Source of the DNA: a virus
Taxonomy: Duplodnaviria > Caudoviricetes
IMG/VR virus record: IMGVR_UViG_3300025652_000110
Span: 1-52,134 of that record
Length of the DNA stretch: 52,134 nt
Strand: one strand, 5' to 3'
Part shown: piece after piece, positions 20,489 to 29,785 of the stretch
Layout of the letters: the number at the start of each line of letters is the position of its first letter
How positions within the stretch are numbered: position 1 is the first letter of the stretch
The notes under the pieces: generated by a model
Seen by the model: only the letters and a program-made list of their open reading frames with translations
Database searches by the model: none
What the model was told of the DNA's origin: nothing
Position numbers and translations under genes: made by a program

Positions 20489-20557
20489 ACTATTGCTGTG
20501 TTACTTGCACCAATGGTATTTACTATTGCTGTGTTACTTGCACCAATGGTATTTACT
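20486..20557. repeat. Perfect 33-bp tandem repeat (2 copies plus 6 bp)
   Basis: tttactattgctgtgttacttgcaccaatggta at 20486-20518 and 20519-20551. Confidence 0.95.
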
Positions 20558-20849
20558 TGTTTGCTAAATAATGCTTCATAGCCTTATCAACTGCAGCTCG
20601 TTTCTTAGCCGCTGTGATCGTAGCTTTCTTGACAGCATCTTCTTGAGACATTCCTTGTTGCATTAATACTTTACTATCTTCTTCCATATTTAATATCTGA
20701 ATTTGATCAGCAACATATGTATGAACATCTGTTAAATCTTCTGGTACGTCAGGATCTGTACCACCTTTTAAGATAGCTACTGCTTCTAATAACTCAGCAT
20801 CAGTAGTATCTGCATCCCTTAGGATGTTAGTATCTTCGGCTCTTGCCAT
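20553..20849 (-). CDS. Hypothetical protein
   Basis: GGAG RBS; last gene of the - arm. Confidence 0.7.
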   Translation of the reverse strand: MARAEDTNILRDADTTDAELLEAVAILKGGTDPDVPEDLTDVHTYVADQIQILNMEEDSKVLMQQGMSQEDAVKKATITAAKKRAAVDKAMKHYLANK

Positions 20850-21013
20850 TCTGATTTCTCCTTTTCATTTACACTATCCATGTAGCTTATCAAACCTTGG
20901 ACAGGGTGTGTATCATTATCTAATTCAAATGGACCATATTCTATAACCCATGTTGATTTCTCATGGTCAGTATCATCGACCACTGTAAACATTGCTTTGC
21001 ATGTTGCCATCAC
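20819..21013 (-). CDS. Hypothetical protein
   Basis: Coupled overlap with neighbours. Confidence 0.55.
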   Translation of the reverse strand: MMATCKAMFTVVDDTDHEKSTWVIEYGPFELDNDTHPVQGLISYMDSVNEKEKSEWQEPKILTS

Positions 21014-21285
21014 TTATCTCCATCTACTAAGTTGTATCCGTATATTGCCATACTTTTAAGTAAACTTTGTAAAGCTGTCTCAGCAGCCATTGCTAGCTCA
21101 TCTGAAACGTTATCATCTGAAGCTATGCTATGCGCAGCGTTGGTCATTTGCCATAACTGAACACCAATGTTGTGAGCAAAGCTATCTGTTTTATTGGTAC
21201 TTTCTTTAATTGTCATATCTTCTCCATAATTTTTAAGTCTTTCGTTATAATTATCTAACATTTTACTTTTAGTTTCATCAATCAT
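21010..21285 (-). CDS. Hypothetical protein (start re-called at MIDETK)
   Basis: AAGGAG RBS before the ATG at 21285. Confidence 0.65.
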   Translation of the reverse strand: MIDETKSKMLDNYNERLKNYGEDMTIKESTNKTDSFAHNIGVQLWQMTNAAHSIASDDNVSDELAMAAETALQSLLKSMAIYGYNLVDGDK

Positions 21286-21432
21286 AAAGGTATTCTCCTT
21301 ATTTTCTCCAGTCGTTTTTCCAAAGTGGTCTGGTCTTATGATTTTTTTTCTTCTTTTCAGAACGTAATAACATATATAACTCTGCGGTCCTGTCAACTTG
21401 CACAAGACCCCAGGTTATTTTTTTCTTTGAAC

Positions 21433-21534
21433 TTAAAGCCATGAAGCAATCACAGCAGCTACTACTAGTGCTGCAAATATTGCTAAACTCTTATTGTCCT
21501 TTATTGTTGTAAGTATTTTAGTTTTAAGATCCAT
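21433..21534 (-). CDS. 33-aa membrane peptide
   Basis: MDLKTKILTTIKDNKSLAIFAALVVAAVIASWL with GGGG RBS; not in the ORF track. Confidence 0.55.
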   Translation of the reverse strand: MDLKTKILTTIKDNKSLAIFAALVVAAVIASWL

Positions 21535-21543
21535 TAATACCCC

Positions 21544-21786
21544 TTACTTAGATACTTGATCTGTTATATCTTTGTCAAGTAATTTCCAGATAATTCCAGC
21601 AGCAATCAAGCCTGCTAAACCAGCATTACCTAACGTCCATACTATGTTAAGTATAGAACTAATTACATCACCTGTTAAGAAAGCTACCTTCGCACCGAAG
21701 ATTACTTGCAATACAATTGACAAACTAATTAGCTTAATACCTACATCAATCGCAGCGTCCGCTACGTGCTTTATTTTCTCTAACAT
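21544..21786 (-). CDS. Small two-TM membrane protein, possibly host-derived
   Basis: IVLQVIFG...LGNAGLAGLIA; GGAG RBS. Confidence 0.7.
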   Translation of the reverse strand: MLEKIKHVADAAIDVGIKLISLSIVLQVIFGAKVAFLTGDVISSILNIVWTLGNAGLAGLIAAGIIWKLLDKDITDQVSK

Positions 21787-21810
21787 ATTTTACTCCTATA
21801 TATATTTAAA

Positions 21811-22761
21811 TTACCAACCCCATTCTCCGACCATACCAACGGTAGAGTAATCTGTCACTGTCTTTTCAAAGAAGTTACTCAATGAATCTCCAGATGTAAG
21901 ATCTTCTACCCAAGGTAAAGGATTAGTTTTTACTTTAAAGTTTCCTTTAAAGCCTAGTTGAATTAATCTTCGATCAGCTAAATATTTTATATAATTTTTA
22001 ACTTCATCCTTATCTAAGCCGCCAACATCACCAGCTGCATAAGCAAGATCAATTACTTTTTCCTCTAACTTAACTACTTTTCTAGCCATCTCATATATCT
22101 CTGACTTGAATTCATCAGTTAGAACTCTACTATGCTCTGTACAGAACTCTCTAAACAACTTACTCATTCCTTCAACATGGAGAGTTTCGTCTCTTATACT
22201 CCATTCTATAACAGTTCCCATGCCTTTCATCTTACCACGTCGTTGGTAATTTAATAGCATAGCAAATGCTGAGAACAGAGTAACGCCTTCATTAAATACA
22301 GATAACGCTAATGACTTAGCTAGCCCATGATGACTATTAACATCTGCATCTCTCATGAAGTCGGTCTTGTTTACCATTTGTTTATATTCTAAAAACGTAC
22401 TGTATTCTTTTTCATGTAAACCTAATGTATCATTTAGTAATGCATAAGCTCTTTGATGAATACCTTCTCGCGCAGAGAATGATAACAACATTGATCTTAT
22501 TTCATTATTAGGAAATTTAGGTATATAAAAGTTACAATAGTTTTGAGCCACAATAACGTCAGCTGAGGTAAACAACCTAAGTATAGATATGATATGTTCT
22601 TTTTCCACATCAAGCAACTCTCCGTTTTTCCATTGAGTTACGTCTTCAGCTAGGTTTATTTCTTTTTCTGTCCAATGTATATCCTCATGTTGCTCGGCTA
22701 ATTCTATAGCCCAAGGAAATTGGAACGGTTTAAACACTATATTTTCTTCCATTAACGTCAT
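21811..22761 (-). CDS. nrdB: Ribonucleotide reductase class Ia beta subunit
   Basis: EGIHQRAY, EGVTLFSAF, RDETLH iron-ligand motifs; C-terminal FFEKTVTDY. Confidence 0.95.
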   Translation of the reverse strand: MTLMEENIVFKPFQFPWAIELAEQHEDIHWTEKEINLAEDVTQWKNGELLDVEKEHIISILRLFTSADVIVAQNYCNFYIPKFPNNEIRSMLLSFSAREGIHQRAYALLNDTLGLHEKEYSTFLEYKQMVNKTDFMRDADVNSHHGLAKSLALSVFNEGVTLFSAFAMLLNYQRRGKMKGMGTVIEWSIRDETLHVEGMSKLFREFCTEHSRVLTDEFKSEIYEMARKVVKLEEKVIDLAYAAGDVGGLDKDEVKNYIKYLADRRLIQLGFKGNFKVKTNPLPWVEDLTSGDSLSNFFEKTVTDYSTVGMVGEWGW

Positions 22762-22765
22762 GATA

Positions 22766-24547
22766 TTACCCCTCGCATGCTAAACATTCATCTTCAGCTG
22801 CATCGCCAATAGCTATTCTATCTACTTGTTGGCCGACATTTTCTGCTACTTGTGTACTAGATGTACGTAGATAATATAATGTTTTTAGTTTCTTGTTAAA
22901 TGCACTTATGTGCACACTGTTTACGTATGATTTATCAGATCCAGCTGGGAAGAATAAGTTTACACTCTGTGATTGACATATATATACTTGTCTATCACTT
23001 GCATGTTGAACTACCCAGTGCTGATCTAACTCAAACGCTGTTTTGAATACATCTTTTTCCCAATCAGTTAAGTAATCTAGTTGTTGTACAGATCCTTGAT
23101 GGTGACCGATGTTGCGCCACTCAGCTTCTAACCAATCTAAATCTTTACCTAGTCTTAACCTATGTTCTTCCATTACCTCTTGCAGGTGTTTGTTTCTAAT
23201 AAGATGCGATCCAACTCTTGTTTTATGAATAAAACTATTTGATTTAATAGGCTCTATCGATGGTGAGGTTCCAATTATCATTCCGCTATTTGCATTTGGC
23301 GCTATAGCTAATAGATGACTGTTCCTTTTACCTGTTCCTCTGCCATACATATATTCACTTTTAGTTTTACATAAATCTTTAGTAGCTTTTAATGCATGCT
23401 GCTTTATATAAGCAAACATCATTTTGTTTTGACCGACTGCCATAGCAGATTCCCATGGTATACTTTTTGATTGTAAGTATGAATGAAAACCCATAGCACC
23501 TAGTCCTAAAGATCTTTCAGTAAGAGCTGATGATGTAGCCTTAAATAAAGCTGGCTGCGGAGCGTGATCAATGAACTGAGTTAGTACATTGTCTAGCATT
23601 TCTATAAGATCTTCTACTATTGTAGAGTCTTTCCACTCATCAAACTTTTCCAAGTTTAGACTACTTAAGCAGCATACTGCTGTTCGATCAGAGTTTGTTG
23701 GTAATGTTATCTCAGCACAGAGGTTACTACCTTTTATTTCTAATCCCTTTTTCTTAAGAGGTTCAGGCAATTTTCTATTGCTCTCATCGATGAAGTGAAT
23801 ATACGGCTCACCTGTCCTAAACCTAGTCTCCAATATCCTTTCCCATAACTCACGTGCGCGTACTGTATCACGGACTGAGCCGTCATGAGGATCGATAAGA
23901 TCCCAATCACTATCACTTGAAACACTATCCATAAAATTATCAGTAATATTGACAGCATTATTAATATTAAAACACTTACGATTTGAATCACCACCTGAGG
24001 GAATCCTGATATTAAGGAACTCAATGATGTCCGGATGGCTGATATCCAAGTATGCTGCATAACTTCCCTTTCTTGTTTGTCCTTGTTTGTAAGCAGTCAT
24101 TGCTGAGTCTGCTACTTTAATAAATGGTATTGGTGATGGAGCTTTATCACTAACAGCTCTAACATCTGACCAATGACCGCCAACTCCTCCACCTTTCACT
24201 GATAGCCATGCTAACTCTGATTGGTGGTCTATAAGACCTTCTAGCGTATCAGGAACGTAATTTAAAAAGCAACTGATAGGTAGACCAAGGGGTGTTTCAC
24301 CTGGCATAGGGGCATTACTTAATATTGGGCTGCTAAACATAAACCAACTGTTACTTACCCCGTCATACAATCTTTGAGCTAGTTTTTTGTTACCATTAGA
24401 ATAGGCAATACAAGCTCTAGCATAAGCTTCTTGTGGTGACTTTTCTTTACCTCTAAGGTAGTGAGCTTTCAATAAATCAAAAGCTTGATCTGTCATTTGC
24501 TTATCTTTAGCTCTATCTATTTGTATTCCTAAATAATTACTCTTCAT
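22766..24547 (-). CDS. nrdA: Ribonucleotide reductase class I alpha subunit (no ATP cone)
   Basis: SPILSN, ISCF, SNLCAEI, AIAPNANS, KTLYY, C-terminal CLACEG. Confidence 0.95.
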   Translation of the reverse strand: MKSNYLGIQIDRAKDKQMTDQAFDLLKAHYLRGKEKSPQEAYARACIAYSNGNKKLAQRLYDGVSNSWFMFSSPILSNAPMPGETPLGLPISCFLNYVPDTLEGLIDHQSELAWLSVKGGGVGGHWSDVRAVSDKAPSPIPFIKVADSAMTAYKQGQTRKGSYAAYLDISHPDIIEFLNIRIPSGGDSNRKCFNINNAVNITDNFMDSVSSDSDWDLIDPHDGSVRDTVRARELWERILETRFRTGEPYIHFIDESNRKLPEPLKKKGLEIKGSNLCAEITLPTNSDRTAVCCLSSLNLEKFDEWKDSTIVEDLIEMLDNVLTQFIDHAPQPALFKATSSALTERSLGLGAMGFHSYLQSKSIPWESAMAVGQNKMMFAYIKQHALKATKDLCKTKSEYMYGRGTGKRNSHLLAIAPNANSGMIIGTSPSIEPIKSNSFIHKTRVGSHLIRNKHLQEVMEEHRLRLGKDLDWLEAEWRNIGHHQGSVQQLDYLTDWEKDVFKTAFELDQHWVVQHASDRQVYICQSQSVNLFFPAGSDKSYVNSVHISAFNKKLKTLYYLRTSSTQVAENVGQQVDRIAIGDAAEDECLACEG

Positions 24548-24750
24548 TTCTTCTCCTTATTAACGATGACCTCTATTGTTTGATCTCCATCATCATCTTT
24601 ATAAACTTTATACTGTATCTTTTTCTTAGCATGTTCAGCTAGTGCATAACATACTCCTTCTTCAAACGACATTTGTTTTTCTTTACGCATCCACATATAA
24701 ATAAATATGCATGTACCTATTGAAGCTAATAGTATTTCATGTAATTCCAT
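24544..24750 (-). CDS. Small membrane-anchored hypothetical protein
   Basis: N-terminal TM, GGAG RBS. Confidence 0.6.
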   Translation of the reverse strand: MELHEILLASIGTCIFIYMWMRKEKQMSFEEGVCYALAEHAKKKIQYKVYKDDDGDQTIEVIVNKEKK

Positions 24751-24761
24751 TTTATTTCTCC

Positions 24762-24953
24762 TTAATGTATTTTATTATCATTTTCTAGGTCTAAAGTTAG
24801 ATACTCAAACCCTAGTTCTTTTAATTCTTCACATGTTTGCAACCAAGCCACGCATTCCATTAATACTATCTCACTATCAGTATTATCTATTACTGTTTTG
24901 ATCTTACTTTTGACATCATTAACGTGTATTTGGCTGCTCATATTTCTCTCCAT
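24762..24953 (-). CDS. Hypothetical protein (true start probably MSSQIH)
   Basis: Fills the gap in the operon. Confidence 0.55.
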   Translation of the reverse strand: MERNMSSQIHVNDVKSKIKTVIDNTDSEIVLMECVAWLQTCEELKELGFEYLTLDLENDNKIH

Positions 24954-25323
24954 CTATTTCTAATATAACATAATCTTCTTTATCTTCGTCATATCCTCCA
25001 AAATGAGATGAAAAACCGGTTACTATTTCGTTGTTATCATCTTCAATAGATCCATGTTCAACCATAGCATCCATTAAAAACTTGTGCAACGCCCATGTAA
25101 AGTTATCTATATCTCGCTTTCTTTTAGTTGCGAAATATAAAGTATAGTGTATCGTTAGTTTATTGTATTTAGGCAGAGACTCCACGAAGTTTTTTACTTC
25201 TTCGTGGTAATCTTTTTTTGCCTTAGCAAGTGTAGCCCAGTGTAAGTTTCTGTACAAGTTTCCTGTCAGTATTCCAGCTTTACCTTTCTTTACGTACAAT
25301 GGGAAGTTAAGTCTTGCTATCAA
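24919..25323 (-). CDS. rusA: RusA-like Holliday junction resolvase
   Basis: RKRDIDN...KFLMDAM...IEDDN motif. Confidence 0.8.
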   Translation of the reverse strand: MIARLNFPLYVKKGKAGILTGNLYRNLHWATLAKAKKDYHEEVKNFVESLPKYNKLTIHYTLYFATKRKRDIDNFTWALHKFLMDAMVEHGSIEDDNNEIVTGFSSHFGGYDEDKEDYVILEIDGEKYEQPNTR

Positions 25324-26165
25324 TCTCTTGCTCCGATCTTAGTAATTGTCCAACGATCTTTTTCTTCATTGTGTCTAACCCTAACACCAGAACCTTGATG
25401 AGATTGACCTTCACATAGTTCTATTAATTGTTTCTTAATAGTTTCCATGCGTCCTTCTTGCAATAGCTTTTCGTCTCTAGCTTCTTTCCAAAAGTATGCT
25501 AACTCTTTCCATTGCTCATCTTCACGTTTAAGTATATCATTTGGACCTGGTTCCGGTTTACCTTTAAAGTATTCTTTCCAGGCATTTAATATTTCTTCAC
25601 GTAATTCAGGGTTTGACTCATGGACTCTATTGTAACCAACCTTGTTATGTCTGTCATATACCCAAAAGTTACAATGATCTTGGCCAGATAGTAACATTTG
25701 CTGTTCCATTTGTATTTCGTATTGATGCGGCAATGAATCTCCGTTAACCTGTGTCTGCCACAATGGTGATTCAGATCCGTTTAATGGGACTTTAATCTCC
25801 ACTATTGCTGGTTTTCCAGAGTTTGACCATGTTTCTTTACCATCTAATGAAGCCATCAATGGCAGTCCATCGATCTCACCAACTATGCAGCATGGCTCGA
25901 ATACTCCTCCCATTTCATTTTGAAATGCTTCTCTAGCCTCATCTTCGAACTCATTACCGATTGTCATAGCAAAGTTTTTCTTTACTTCTAACTCACCGTT
26001 TTTAAGCTCCCATAATTGTAATGGTGTTTTAGGAATCCACGGACTAACGCCCATAGCTGAAGCAGCTTCTGAAGCTGTTCCGTATTTTCTTCTAGTTTCT
26101 AACCATAGATCACTACCTTGAGGCAATAAAGTATCGTCATATTCTATTCTATTTACTACTTGCAT
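25320..26165 (-). CDS. YqaJ / lambda-type exonuclease
   Basis: QGSDLWLETR, TASEA, ASLDG, EIKVP, YEIQMEQQM. Confidence 0.9.
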   Translation of the reverse strand: MQVVNRIEYDDTLLPQGSDLWLETRRKYGTASEAASAMGVSPWIPKTPLQLWELKNGELEVKKNFAMTIGNEFEDEAREAFQNEMGGVFEPCCIVGEIDGLPLMASLDGKETWSNSGKPAIVEIKVPLNGSESPLWQTQVNGDSLPHQYEIQMEQQMLLSGQDHCNFWVYDRHNKVGYNRVHESNPELREEILNAWKEYFKGKPEPGPNDILKREDEQWKELAYFWKEARDEKLLQEGRMETIKKQLIELCEGQSHQGSGVRVRHNEEKDRWTITKIGARD

Positions 26166-26179
26166 ATTATTACTCCTTT

Positions 26180-27673
26180 TTATTTTCTACGTTTAGCCCA
26201 TTTTATCTGAAGATGCTTAATGTAACTCATCGTCTCTTTGTTAGGCTTTTCTGCAACGGCATCTTTAAATTGAGGAAAACTATCAAACCGTTCTTTATAT
26301 TTATAATTTGCCCAGTTATCGCTGTAACCTTTGATTACAGTATAACCGAGTAATTGTTGATAGAATTCTCTTTTAAAGTTTTCACCGTATCTCTCTTTTC
26401 TTTCAACTTTCTTAGTCTTTTTATTAACTAGACCTAGCTCAGCATCTATAAATTCTACGTAAGAGCTTTTACTCTTATGAATCTTACCACATCCTGGACA
26501 TATATTGCTGCCGCTGAATGTTCTAAAACAACCTTCACATATTAATGTTGACTCTTCTCGTTCTGCAGGTTCAGTTCTTTCATTTTCTTTTGCTTTACCT
26601 GATGTTAGTATCCAGTTATGATCGTCTGTTGCAAATCCGTTAGTGTATACAGCGCCAGAATGATCTATTATTATTGCTTTATCTTTAGTTGGATGAGGTC
26701 TTAACACTCTTCCAACCATCTGAATGTACAATCCTAATGATCTTGTTGGTCTTGCTAGTACACAAACTTGTGCTTTTGGTGCATCAAATCCTTCAGTTAG
26801 CACCATACAGTTACATATTACTGTTACTTTACCTGTGTCGAAGTCTTTTAATATTTGTACTCTTTCTTTTGTTGGTGTCTGTCCGTCTAAATGAGCTGCA
26901 GATACACCAGAATCTATAAATGTTTCACATAAATTCTTACTGTGTTTAACACTTGAGGCAAATACTAATGTTTGTTTACCATTTCCTATGTGTTTCCATG
27001 TTCTAACTACATCACCGACAAGTTTTGGTAGGTTCATTCGTCCGCTTAACTCTTTTGCGTTGTAATCACCTGCAATTAATCCTATACCTTTAAGATCTGG
27101 TATACTTGGTGAATAATAAACAGCTTCGATTAAACTACCTAGTCTTGTTAGCTCTTTAATTCCAGGAGCTTTAACCATATGTGAGTAAATAGATCCTAAT
27201 CCTACACCGTCAGATCTTATTGGCGTAGCTGTTAAGCCTACAATTAAGCTTTTACTGTATAGATTTATAAGTTTAATATAAGTATTACTTAATGATCTGT
27301 GAGCTTCATCGATGATAATTAAATCAGCAATTGGTAGATCCATTTTGTTTTTTGTTATTGCTCGTGCTCTTAGAGTATCAATAGATGCAACTTGTACTGT
27401 TGCGAATGAGTTTTCTTTTTTATGATTAGCCATAATAACTCCGTGTCTTACTTCGAAGTCATTTAATTTGTCTGATGTTTGTATGATTAGTTCTCGTCTA
27501 TGAGCTAAGAATAATACTTTTCTGCCTTTTTCTACAAAAGCTTTTACTAATGCTGCAGCCATTACTGTTTTTCCAGAACCTGTTGCAGCTTGTAATATTA
27601 TTCTACGATTACCTTGTCTTTCTACTTTAACTAGATCATTTAAAACATCTTTTTGATATTGTCTTAACTTCAT
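26180..27673 (-). CDS. Superfamily II (DEAH) DNA helicase with C-terminal Zn ribbon
   Basis: LRQYQ, ATGSGKT, DEAH, TATP, TEGFD, QMVGRVLR, CxxC..CxxC; start re-called at MKLRQYQ. Confidence 0.92.
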   Translation of the reverse strand: MKLRQYQKDVLNDLVKVERQGNRRIILQAATGSGKTVMAAALVKAFVEKGRKVLFLAHRRELIIQTSDKLNDFEVRHGVIMANHKKENSFATVQVASIDTLRARAITKNKMDLPIADLIIIDEAHRSLSNTYIKLINLYSKSLIVGLTATPIRSDGVGLGSIYSHMVKAPGIKELTRLGSLIEAVYYSPSIPDLKGIGLIAGDYNAKELSGRMNLPKLVGDVVRTWKHIGNGKQTLVFASSVKHSKNLCETFIDSGVSAAHLDGQTPTKERVQILKDFDTGKVTVICNCMVLTEGFDAPKAQVCVLARPTRSLGLYIQMVGRVLRPHPTKDKAIIIDHSGAVYTNGFATDDHNWILTSGKAKENERTEPAEREESTLICEGCFRTFSGSNICPGCGKIHKSKSSYVEFIDAELGLVNKKTKKVERKERYGENFKREFYQQLLGYTVIKGYSDNWANYKYKERFDSFPQFKDAVAEKPNKETMSYIKHLQIKWAKRRK

Positions 27674-27741
27674 GGTCTGTCTTTGTACCACTCAAATAGT
27701 ATACTCAATAGAAACCCCGTTATTAATATTATTTTTATCAT
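27670..27741 (-). CDS. 23-aa hydrophobic micropeptide
   Basis: MIKIILITGFLLSILFEWYKDRP; AAGGAG RBS; ATGA overlap with the helicase start. Confidence 0.55.
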   Translation of the reverse strand: MIKIILITGFLLSILFEWYKDRP

Positions 27742-27768
27742 TATTACTCCTTATTATTAACATTTATC

Positions 27769-27792
27769 GAGGACACTGCGAACAATGCCCTC
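27769..27792 (-). promoter_or_regulatory. RNA hairpin with UUCG loop downstream of SSB
   Basis: GAGGGCAUUG-UUCG-CAGUGUCCUC pairs fully, with G-U, only on the - strand. Confidence 0.7.
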
Positions 27793-27807
27793 TGTAAATA
27801 TTAAGTC

Positions 27808-28299
27808 CTAAAACGTAATATCGTCATCGCCTTCAGTTATAGCATCAAGCGATTTTTCTTCTTTAGCAGAAAAGCTAAACTCTACACTATCACCTGAAGA
27901 TCCAGTGTATTCATTTAACTCTAGTACTTGCACAGCTATTAACTCTGCTGACTTACCTTTCTGCCCTTGGAATTCCCAATCACGGACTGAGTACTGTACA
28001 TTACATACAGAATCATTACCGATAATTAGTGGATCCATTGAGTCACCAAACTTATCAACAACCATTGGTGGCTTTTTAGGATCACCAGAATTACGCCATA
28101 CGCAGTCTTTCTTAAGTTTAATGAACGTTTGCCCATCTTTATCCTTAACTGCTGGTTTAACTCCAGAATCCCTCCAGGTTTTAGCTTGCTCAGGAGACAA
28201 TAAACAGTCTACTGACCATTCTTTATCTTCTGACATATACTTAGTACCTGCGTTGTCGCCTAATTTAGGCCATACTACTTTAGTGTTTTCTAATATCAC
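27808..28299 (-). CDS. Phage ssDNA-binding protein (T7 gp2.5-like)
   Basis: PMVVD...IGNDSVCNV...AVQVLEL; acidic tail ending in Phe (DDDITF). Confidence 0.8.
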   Translation of the reverse strand: MILENTKVVWPKLGDNAGTKYMSEDKEWSVDCLLSPEQAKTWRDSGVKPAVKDKDGQTFIKLKKDCVWRNSGDPKKPPMVVDKFGDSMDPLIIGNDSVCNVQYSVRDWEFQGQKGKSAELIAVQVLELNEYTGSSGDSVEFSFSAKEEKSLDAITEGDDDITF

Positions 28300-28303
28300 T
28301 TTT

Positions 28304-28627
28304 TTACTCCTTTATTGATTGATTAAACATATTTTTATCACTATTTTGACCTGGTATATCACCGTCCATGTAAGCTACAAAGAACGTTGCGTAATTTATC
28401 AGGTCCACACAAGAGTCTTGTATCGACTCAAAGTTTTCACTGTCACGACTTTCCATTTGTTCCATGACAGATTTAATTCTTAGCATTTTTGCCCACATAA
28501 TGTCATATATGGTAGCTATACCACGTGGATAATAATCAGCCATTTGGACTGATGATTCACCTGTATAGTCTTGTGCTTTTTGTTCCATTATCATTTGACA
28601 ATGGACTAATGTATCTTGCGGCGTCAT
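28304..28627 (-). CDS. Nucleotide modification associated domain 1 (DUF1599-like) protein
   Basis: KAQDY...KMLRI...ESIQDSCVDLINYA motif. Confidence 0.7.
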   Translation of the reverse strand: MTPQDTLVHCQMIMEQKAQDYTGESSVQMADYYPRGIATIYDIMWAKMLRIKSVMEQMESRDSENFESIQDSCVDLINYATFFVAYMDGDIPGQNSDKNMFNQSIKE

Positions 28628-28641
28628 TTTATTACTCCTTA

Positions 28642-29379
28642 TTATTTAACAAACGCTTCTTGCTGAATAGATTGACCAAAGAAATCAATCATTTTAACAA
28701 TTTCGTCTACATCGCGTTCGTATATATGTAGACTATCAGCACTAAAAGTCAGTTGACCCAAACTTAAATTTGGATATACTGGTTTTAAGTCTTCTAGCAT
28801 TTTTTCCATTAAGTAGCAAAACCAAGGTAAATCATAAACAGGACCAGTAAAAAGATCTGCTGATCTCATTCTTACTGTTGAATATAATTGATCTTCACGT
28901 ATGTGAAAGTTTTGATACATAGTACATACAAAATCTTTTGGATTTAACTTTGCATGCTTGGCTTTATTGTAACGACAAATAGCTTGTCGAGTGTCTTTAT
29001 CTTTTTTCAACGCTTTTAAAGCAAACCAGTAAGGCGTAGTATAAAATTCAGTACGATCAAATAAAGTTATATGACCATAATTAGAATTTATTTGACCTTC
29101 GTCATCTTCTATAGTTTTCCAGAAATCACTTGGAGCAGAATCTGCTGCAGTATTACCTGACAAATACCATTCCAATTCACGTTCTGTGTAACTTTCTATA
29201 ATTTTATTACGCTTTTTATCTTCAGTTACAATAGGTTTACTGCTTGGATTGTTTATTGTTACTTGTACATTTAATTTTTCTCTGATAGCCATATCTCGTG
29301 GCTTGGATTTAAAATCCCATTTAGCATATACATGCCAAAGCATTTGATTGTAAGCATCAGATATAGTTGTTGCTTTCAT
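28642..29379 (-). CDS. Thymidylate synthase-family enzyme, dCMP hydroxymethylase-like
   Basis: RELEWY, INSNYG, DFVCT, MRSAD, SLHIY; Asp (GPVYD) at the position of the ThyA specificity Asn. Confidence 0.8.
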   Translation of the reverse strand: MKATTISDAYNQMLWHVYAKWDFKSKPRDMAIREKLNVQVTINNPSSKPIVTEDKKRNKIIESYTERELEWYLSGNTAADSAPSDFWKTIEDDEGQINSNYGHITLFDRTEFYTTPYWFALKALKKDKDTRQAICRYNKAKHAKLNPKDFVCTMYQNFHIREDQLYSTVRMRSADLFTGPVYDLPWFCYLMEKMLEDLKPVYPNLSLGQLTFSADSLHIYERDVDEIVKMIDFFGQSIQQEAFVK

Positions 29380-29391
29380 TATAGCTCCTTA

Positions 29392-29781
29392 TTATTTTTC
29401 TTTTATAAAATCACCTACTTCATTTAAATGACCTTTACGATCTTTTATTTCGTTATAAGCAGATGAAACACAACTAAATAAATCTAAGCCTTGTAATTCA
29501 CACTGCATAACTAATGTTACCACAATATCGCCTATAGCGTCGATTACTTCATCTGTGTTATTTGTATTAACTGCTTCTAATAATTCATGACATTCCTCAA
29601 GAGTTTTAATAGCTTGAGTTATTGGAACACCATTCGTTGTAATTTTTCTATCACGACCCCATATTGCTATCATAGCAACTACATGATCGAGTCCTAACCT
29701 TTGTTCTAAATCTAGTTTTACTTTTTCTTCTACAGCCTCTTGTAATGGTTCTGAGGGCATATCTATTATAATTTTTCCCAT
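29392..29781 (-). CDS. mazG: MazG-like NTP pyrophosphohydrolase
   Basis: KTLEECHEL...DAIGDIVVTL...AYNEIKDRKG. Confidence 0.85.
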   Translation of the reverse strand: MGKIIIDMPSEPLQEAVEEKVKLDLEQRLGLDHVVAMIAIWGRDRKITTNGVPITQAIKTLEECHELLEAVNTNNTDEVIDAIGDIVVTLVMQCELQGLDLFSCVSSAYNEIKDRKGHLNEVGDFIKEK

Positions 29782-29785
29782 ATTA

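Noticed and set aside
20486-20557. 33-bp repeat as a CRISPR array
   Set aside because: Copies are directly adjacent with no spacer, and no cas genes are present
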